In this document: positions 60,352-64,000 of the stretch, one piece after another
Layout of the letters: every line of letters starts with the position of its first letter
Numbering within the stretch: position 1 is the stretch's first letter
NCBI GenBank assembly: GCA_001818315.1
Contig: MHKF01000018.1
Location: 64,325 to 128,324, forward strand
Length of the DNA stretch: 64,000 bases
DNA from: Candidatus Kerfeldbacteria bacterium RIFCSPLOWO2_02_FULL_42_19
GTDB taxonomy: Bacteria > Patescibacteriota > Patescibacteriia > HO2-48-17
Direction: 5' to 3'
Made by a program: the position numbers and the translations under genes
The notes under the pieces: model-generated
What the model was told of the DNA's origin: nothing
The model's database searches: none
What the model saw: the letters and a program-made list of their open reading frames with translations, nothing else

Positions 60352-60744
60352 ATGAACACTAACCGTAAAAATATATCGTCAGGTTCTCCAATGGAAAAGC
60401 CAATCGGCTTCTCGCGTGCCGTTAAAATCGGAAACATGATTTCTGTATCAGGCACAGCTGCCATTGCGCCAGACGGAAGCACTGCCCATCCAGATAGCGT
60501 TTATGAACAGACAAAATACTGTATCGAAATCATGAAAAAAGCTATCGAAGAAGCAGGCGGCACGCTCGAAAATGTCATACGCACGCGGATCATGCTCACC
60601 GACATTTCAAAATGGGAAGAAGCTGCAAAAGCTCACGGTGAATACTTCACAGATATTCGTCCCGCGTGCACCTTTGTCGAAGTCAGTGGCTTCATTAAAA
60701 AAGATTGGCTAGTAGAAACCGAAGCCGATTGTCTTCTTGATTGA
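60352..60744 (+). CDS. Cassette 2: RidA/YjgF/L-PSP family protein
   Basis: ~130 aa chorismate-mutase-like fold, ..VSGTAAIAPDG.... and C-terminal ..VEVSGFI.. typical of RidA. Confidence 0.7.
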   Translation: MNTNRKNISSGSPMEKPIGFSRAVKIGNMISVSGTAAIAPDGSTAHPDSVYEQTKYCIEIMKKAIEEAGGTLENVIRTRIMLTDISKWEEAAKAHGEYFTDIRPACTFVEVSGFIKKDWLVETEADCLLD

Positions 60745-60761
60745 AGACGGCGAATTACATC

Positions 60762-60896
60762 ACACAACAGCGTATAGCCAGTTCGGCACTTTATTATGGC
60801 TGGCTTTCAGCACAGCCAAAAGTGCCTCTCCCATATTTGCTGGTGATTGCACATATTATATCACCAGCAAACATCGGCTATACGCGAACGTTGTAC
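60762..60896 (+). other. attC-like site 2 (ACACAAC ... GTTGTAC)
   Basis: IRs cgtatagcc/ggctatacg and tttgctggtgat/atcaccagcaaa; inverse core matches the GTTGTGC boundary at 6/7. Confidence 0.65.
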
Positions 60897-60939
60897 GCTG
60901 TGCCGCGCTTTTGATAAACTCAATGTGAATCGTTAAAGT

Positions 60940-61332
60940 ATGGATATGAGCAGCTCAAAACTTTCACTTAAGGTGTTGCCGATGAAGGTCGGTATCTGTC
61001 GTCTGGAAAAGGAAGCGAGGATTCCTGATTGGGCAATAGTGGGTGGATTCTTTTCTGTTACGCGCACCGATGATGAATTGTCGGTAGTGTGTATGGAGGA
61101 AAATATACCGGAAGATGTAAAGTGTGAAAAAGGATGGCGCGTGTTTAAGGTGGAGGGAATACTTGATTTCTCATTGACCGGAATCCTCGCTTCCATAGCC
61201 AATCCATTAGCTCAAGCTAAAATCAGTATTTTTGCTGTTTCCACATTTGATACCGACTATATTCTCGTGAAAGAAGATACTCTTGAAGAAGCCGTGAAAG
61301 TTTTGAGCATCGAATTCAGTGTGTTGAAGTAA
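60940..61332 (+). CDS. Cassette 3: ACT-domain-like small protein
   Basis: 130 aa; beta-alpha-beta-beta-alpha-beta style pattern with two ~60-aa halves (..VGICRLEKEA.. / ..ISIFAVSTFDTDYILVKE..) resembling ACT regulatory domains; low certainty. Confidence 0.45.
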   Translation: MDMSSSKLSLKVLPMKVGICRLEKEARIPDWAIVGGFFSVTRTDDELSVVCMEENIPEDVKCEKGWRVFKVEGILDFSLTGILASIANPLAQAKISIFAVSTFDTDYILVKEDTLEEAVKVLSIEFSVLK

Positions 61333-61354
61333 AAAAAGAGAAGCGCGGCACAGC

Positions 61355-61532
61355 GTACAACAGCGCGCATCCGAGAGATTTTGCTACAATAATGCTGTAT
61401 CCTTTGAAAAAAGCAGAGCCAAGATACAAGCTGGTCGCTTTTATCCAAATGGCGTTTTCGCGCTTTGCTTCGGCTCCGCCGATATTTTAGCAAAGCGCTC
61501 AACGCCACTTCGGATGCGCGCAAACGTTATAC
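61355..61532 (+). other. attC-like site 3 (GTACAAC ... GTTATAC), 178 bp
   Basis: Inverse core is the exact reverse complement of the cassette-3 5' boundary GTTGTAC; IRs gcgcgcatccgag/cttcggatgcgcgc and gcgctttgc/gcaaagcgc. Confidence 0.65.
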
Positions 61533-61646
61533 GCAATTCAAAAAATATTTTTTTAACGAAGAATACTGAATGATAGGCTTTCAAAAGGAAATAAATTTGA
61601 TTTTTAAAACACAATAATTATAAACTTTATCTAATATTTAATAGAC

Positions 61647-62297
61647 ATGCAGATTAAAAAGCTTTTAAGACAATTTGATGAATTACATCATATCCATGGA
61701 GATAAAAATTTGGACTCGATTTATGGTGCAGGACAAATTCATAATCCTAAAGTGTGCTTAGTATTTATGAACCCCACTGGTAGAAATGTAGCGTCAGATA
61801 AAAAATGGCGTGGCTTAAAAGCGCCTTGGATAGGCACAAAAAATGTATGGAAAATGTTTTTTCAACTTGGTTTTTTCGAAGAAAGTTTTTTCAACGAAAT
61901 TAATGCAAAAAAACCAAGCGATTGGGATTATGAATTTGCAGGCAAAGTTTATACAAAAGTGAGTGATAATTCTATATACATAACTAATTTATCAAAGGCA
62001 ACACAGATAGATGCAAGACCTCTTAGAGATGATGTTTTTAGAGAGTATCTAGGTTTATTTGAAGAAGAAATAAATATTCTTAATCCACAAATTATCATAA
62101 CTTTTGGAAATCAAGTAAGCTCAATTTTACTGGGTAAAAATATCAAGGTTTCAGATTATAGAAAGAAGCATGAAAATATTAAAGTTAATGGAAATGCTTT
62201 TAAGGTTTTTCCTGTATACTACCCAGTTGGACAAGGCATGAGAAATATAAAAAAAGCAAAGGAAGATATTGCTTGGATTATCAAAAATCAAATTTAA
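61647..62297 (+). CDS. Cassette 4: uracil-DNA glycosylase superfamily-like protein (AT-rich cassette)
   Basis: ..VCLVFMNPTG.. in the position of the UDG GEAPG motif, ..IYITNLSKA.. and ..IIITFGNQVS.. resemble UDG family 4/5 motifs B. Markedly lower GC than neighbours. Confidence 0.45.
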   Translation: MQIKKLLRQFDELHHIHGDKNLDSIYGAGQIHNPKVCLVFMNPTGRNVASDKKWRGLKAPWIGTKNVWKMFFQLGFFEESFFNEINAKKPSDWDYEFAGKVYTKVSDNSIYITNLSKATQIDARPLRDDVFREYLGLFEEEINILNPQIIITFGNQVSSILLGKNIKVSDYRKKHENIKVNGNAFKVFPVYYPVGQGMRNIKKAKEDIAWIIKNQI

Positions 62298-62406
62298 AAT
62301 TAACGAAGAAAGCCTATTATAATGAGTAAGAACGAAAAATATTTTTTGAACTCACTTCGCTACGCTTCGTGCCACGCTGCGCTCTCCTCCCTGTGGTCGT
62401 CGGGGC

Positions 62407-62506
62407 GTATAACAAGGGATATACGGTTCAGCCCTCGGCTCGGGCTTCACCCAAATTTTTCTTCCGCTACGCTACATAAAAACTTCGTATATCCCTGACG
62501 TTATAT
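62407..62506 (+). other. attC-like site 4 (GTATAAC ... GTTATAT), ~100 bp
   Basis: Inverse core is exact reverse complement of cassette-4 boundary GTTATAC; IR gggatatacg/cgtatatccc. Confidence 0.65.
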
Positions 62507-62533
62507 GAAATACATTTTTAGAGCTATTTGAAA

Positions 62534-63301
62534 ATGCAAAAAGTTACCAAAGCAATAATCACATTAATACTTTCATACATTCTACTCAGCTTGTATGCTT
62601 TTGGCGTTTTTTTACAACAGCCACTCATAAAAGGAGAATCACTTACTATCCAAGCAACACTTGAGCCTTTTGCGTATGTATTGCTTATGGTCATTGGTAA
62701 CTTTTTGATTTTCAAAGCAGTATATTCTCAAAAAAGATCAAAGAACCGTTTCTTCGATGAGAGAAAACTTTTAGCACCGACAATAATTTTTCTTTTATTG
62801 TTGAGTTTCGGTGCAGGAATCCATACAGCAGGGCAGCTCATCGAAGAAACTTTCGTAAATACAAATGCCAACATTCAACATTTTACAGATAATTTTACAT
62901 CACAAGTAGCATACTTTTTTGAGGAATATCCTGCTCATTTTTTAATTGCTTTGCCTTATCTTATACTTTTGTATTTTGTGGCAAAACTAGAATTGAACAG
63001 ACCACCTATTCATCTTAAAAATATCGAAAAAGGCATTATTGTAATGTCAGCAATACTTTATGGAATCATTTTTGCAGTATTAAATGCGGAAGGGCAGGTA
63101 ACAATATTCGCAATTATTATCGCTGGATATTTGATTTATTCAATTTACAGATCAAAACAACAAATAAAGCGGGAACTGATAGATATGCCTTTTTCGACTT
63201 ACTTTGTAATCGGAAATGCGGTGATGATTTTATTAAATGTATTATTTGGAATAATGTATGGGTGGTCTGTTCAGCCAACTGAATTAGGTTTTGGCTCATA
63301 A
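62534..63301 (+). CDS. Cassette 5: polytopic membrane protein of unknown function
   Basis: ~6-7 predicted TM helices; track start TTG 62528, ATG at 62534. Confidence 0.5.
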   Translation: MQKVTKAIITLILSYILLSLYAFGVFLQQPLIKGESLTIQATLEPFAYVLLMVIGNFLIFKAVYSQKRSKNRFFDERKLLAPTIIFLLLLSFGAGIHTAGQLIEETFVNTNANIQHFTDNFTSQVAYFFEEYPAHFLIALPYLILLYFVAKLELNRPPIHLKNIEKGIIVMSAILYGIIFAVLNAEGQVTIFAIIIAGYLIYSIYRSKQQIKRELIDMPFSTYFVIGNAVMILLNVLFGIMYGWSVQPTELGFGS

Positions 63302-63337
63302 ACGCAACTAAAAAATAATAGCTCTAAAAATTACATC

Positions 63338-63459
63338 ATATAACACTGCGTATGCGGCTACGGCTTGCTACGGAAGCCTTCGCCCATATTCACTGGCAGT
63401 AACGCGCTTCGCGCGATATTATACTGCCAGTGAATATCGCATACTGCGGAACGTTAGAT
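63338..63459 (+). other. attC-like site 5 (ATATAAC ... GTTAGAT), 122 bp
   Basis: Exact reverse-complement relationship to cassette-5 boundary GTTATAT; near-identical to site 1 (shared gtatgcggctac...cccatattcactgg...gcgatattatac.gccagtgaa.atcgcatactgcggaacgtt). Confidence 0.7.
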
Positions 63460-63475
63460 GTAATTTGTCCTGCCT

Positions 63476-63910
63476 ATGTTCCAAAAAATAATATCACCAA
63501 TAATATATGCACTTTTTATCATTCCGGGATTAATCGCTGGAATGGCGAATGTGATCTTTTTTGATACGCGTGATGATGATTTAGAATTAATCGTTGGTAA
63601 CCTACTAGCTGGTATGATAATTTTGATCTTGATAATAACATCGATAGCTGTAGTGATGACCATTGGAAACATAGTGATCTATAAAATAGAAAGGCTCAAA
63701 AAACCCACAAAAAAAGATCACATTCGCCAAAGTCTAATATTTTATCTAGTTCTTGTTCTTGGAATATTGGTTACGATTACTGCCGAAAATACCAACGGCT
63801 TAGGATTTACCTATCTCTACATAATAATGATGGCCGCAACTATTGCAATCGTAACCAACATAATCTATCTCGTTTACAAAAATTATCACGGCAGGACAAA
63901 CTACATCTAA
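63476..63910 (+). CDS. Cassette 6: small 4-TM membrane protein of unknown function
   Basis: 144 aa, four hydrophobic helices; stop codon inside ATCTAAC inverse core. Confidence 0.5.
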   Translation: MFQKIISPIIYALFIIPGLIAGMANVIFFDTRDDDLELIVGNLLAGMIILILIITSIAVVMTIGNIVIYKIERLKKPTKKDHIRQSLIFYLVLVLGILVTITAENTNGLGFTYLYIIMMAATIAIVTNIIYLVYKNYHGRTNYI

Positions 63911-64000
63911 CAGCGCCTATCGGGGGTTGTTGCCTACTTTCAGGCTTGGTACTATGGAAAAAGCCTCTGACTGTTTTCAGAGCTTTTCTCTGAAAACAAA
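63905..64000 (+). other. attC-like site 6, partial (starts ATCTAAC; runs off window)
   Basis: ATCTAAC is the exact reverse complement of the cassette-6 boundary GTTAGAT; downstream IRs tcagag/ctctga visible before window end. Confidence 0.55.

Noticed and set aside
60191-64000. CRISPR array interpretation of the periodic palindromes in the last 4 kb
   Set aside because: Repeats are 100-180 bp, imperfect and different from each other; the intervening units are full genes rather than 30-40 bp spacers; core sites follow GTTRRRY logic. Integron attC-like sites fit, CRISPR does not.

Overview
This 64 kb window looks like a compact, gene-dense bacterial chromosome segment; the gene content (many glycosyltransferases, a sparse metabolic repertoire, short intergenic regions) is reminiscent of a small-genome lineage such as Patescibacteria/CPR, but that is inference only. 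Most of the window is housekeeping. It carries two MreB paralogs and an mreB-mreC-mreD-pbp2 rod-shape operon, four aminoacyl-tRNA synthetases (ProS, LysS, SerS, ThrS), GreA, Frr, RseP, HolB, DnaE, a PriA-like protein, def-fmt, miaB-miaA, GatB, Dut, Tmk and the secE-nusG-rplK-rplA cluster. It also has a long minus-strand envelope string (a SEDS protein, ribosomal protein L25, two DUF3048 paralogs, a MacB-type ABC pair, an amino-acid permease and two GT2 glycosyltransferases). No tRNA, rRNA or CRISPR array was found. The most striking region is the last ~6.2 kb (57776 to the window end). There a Xer-length tyrosine recombinase gene is cleanly split by an IS element. Next to it, in the opposite orientation, is an integron-like array of at least six small gene cassettes, preceded by a GTTAGGC attI-like core. 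Each cassette is followed by a 100-180 bp imperfect-palindrome attC-like site, and the inverse-core 7-mer of that site is the exact reverse complement of the cassette's own 5' boundary. Second, a ~160 bp highly structured palindromic repeat family occurs four times at gene 3' ends. It shows covarying stem mutations, and its central loop is found in both orientations. Third, a single 717-aa ORF fuses a WecB/TagA (GT26) glycosyltransferase to a TM segment, a coiled coil and an M23 peptidase domain. Other points worth a look are a PriA homolog lacking the Walker A and DEEH motifs, and a compositionally atypical orphan gene sitting in a 1.3 kb island next to a 600 bp non-coding stretch. Coordinates for elements I located by eye (repeats, attC sites, IS ends) may be off by a few nucleotides.
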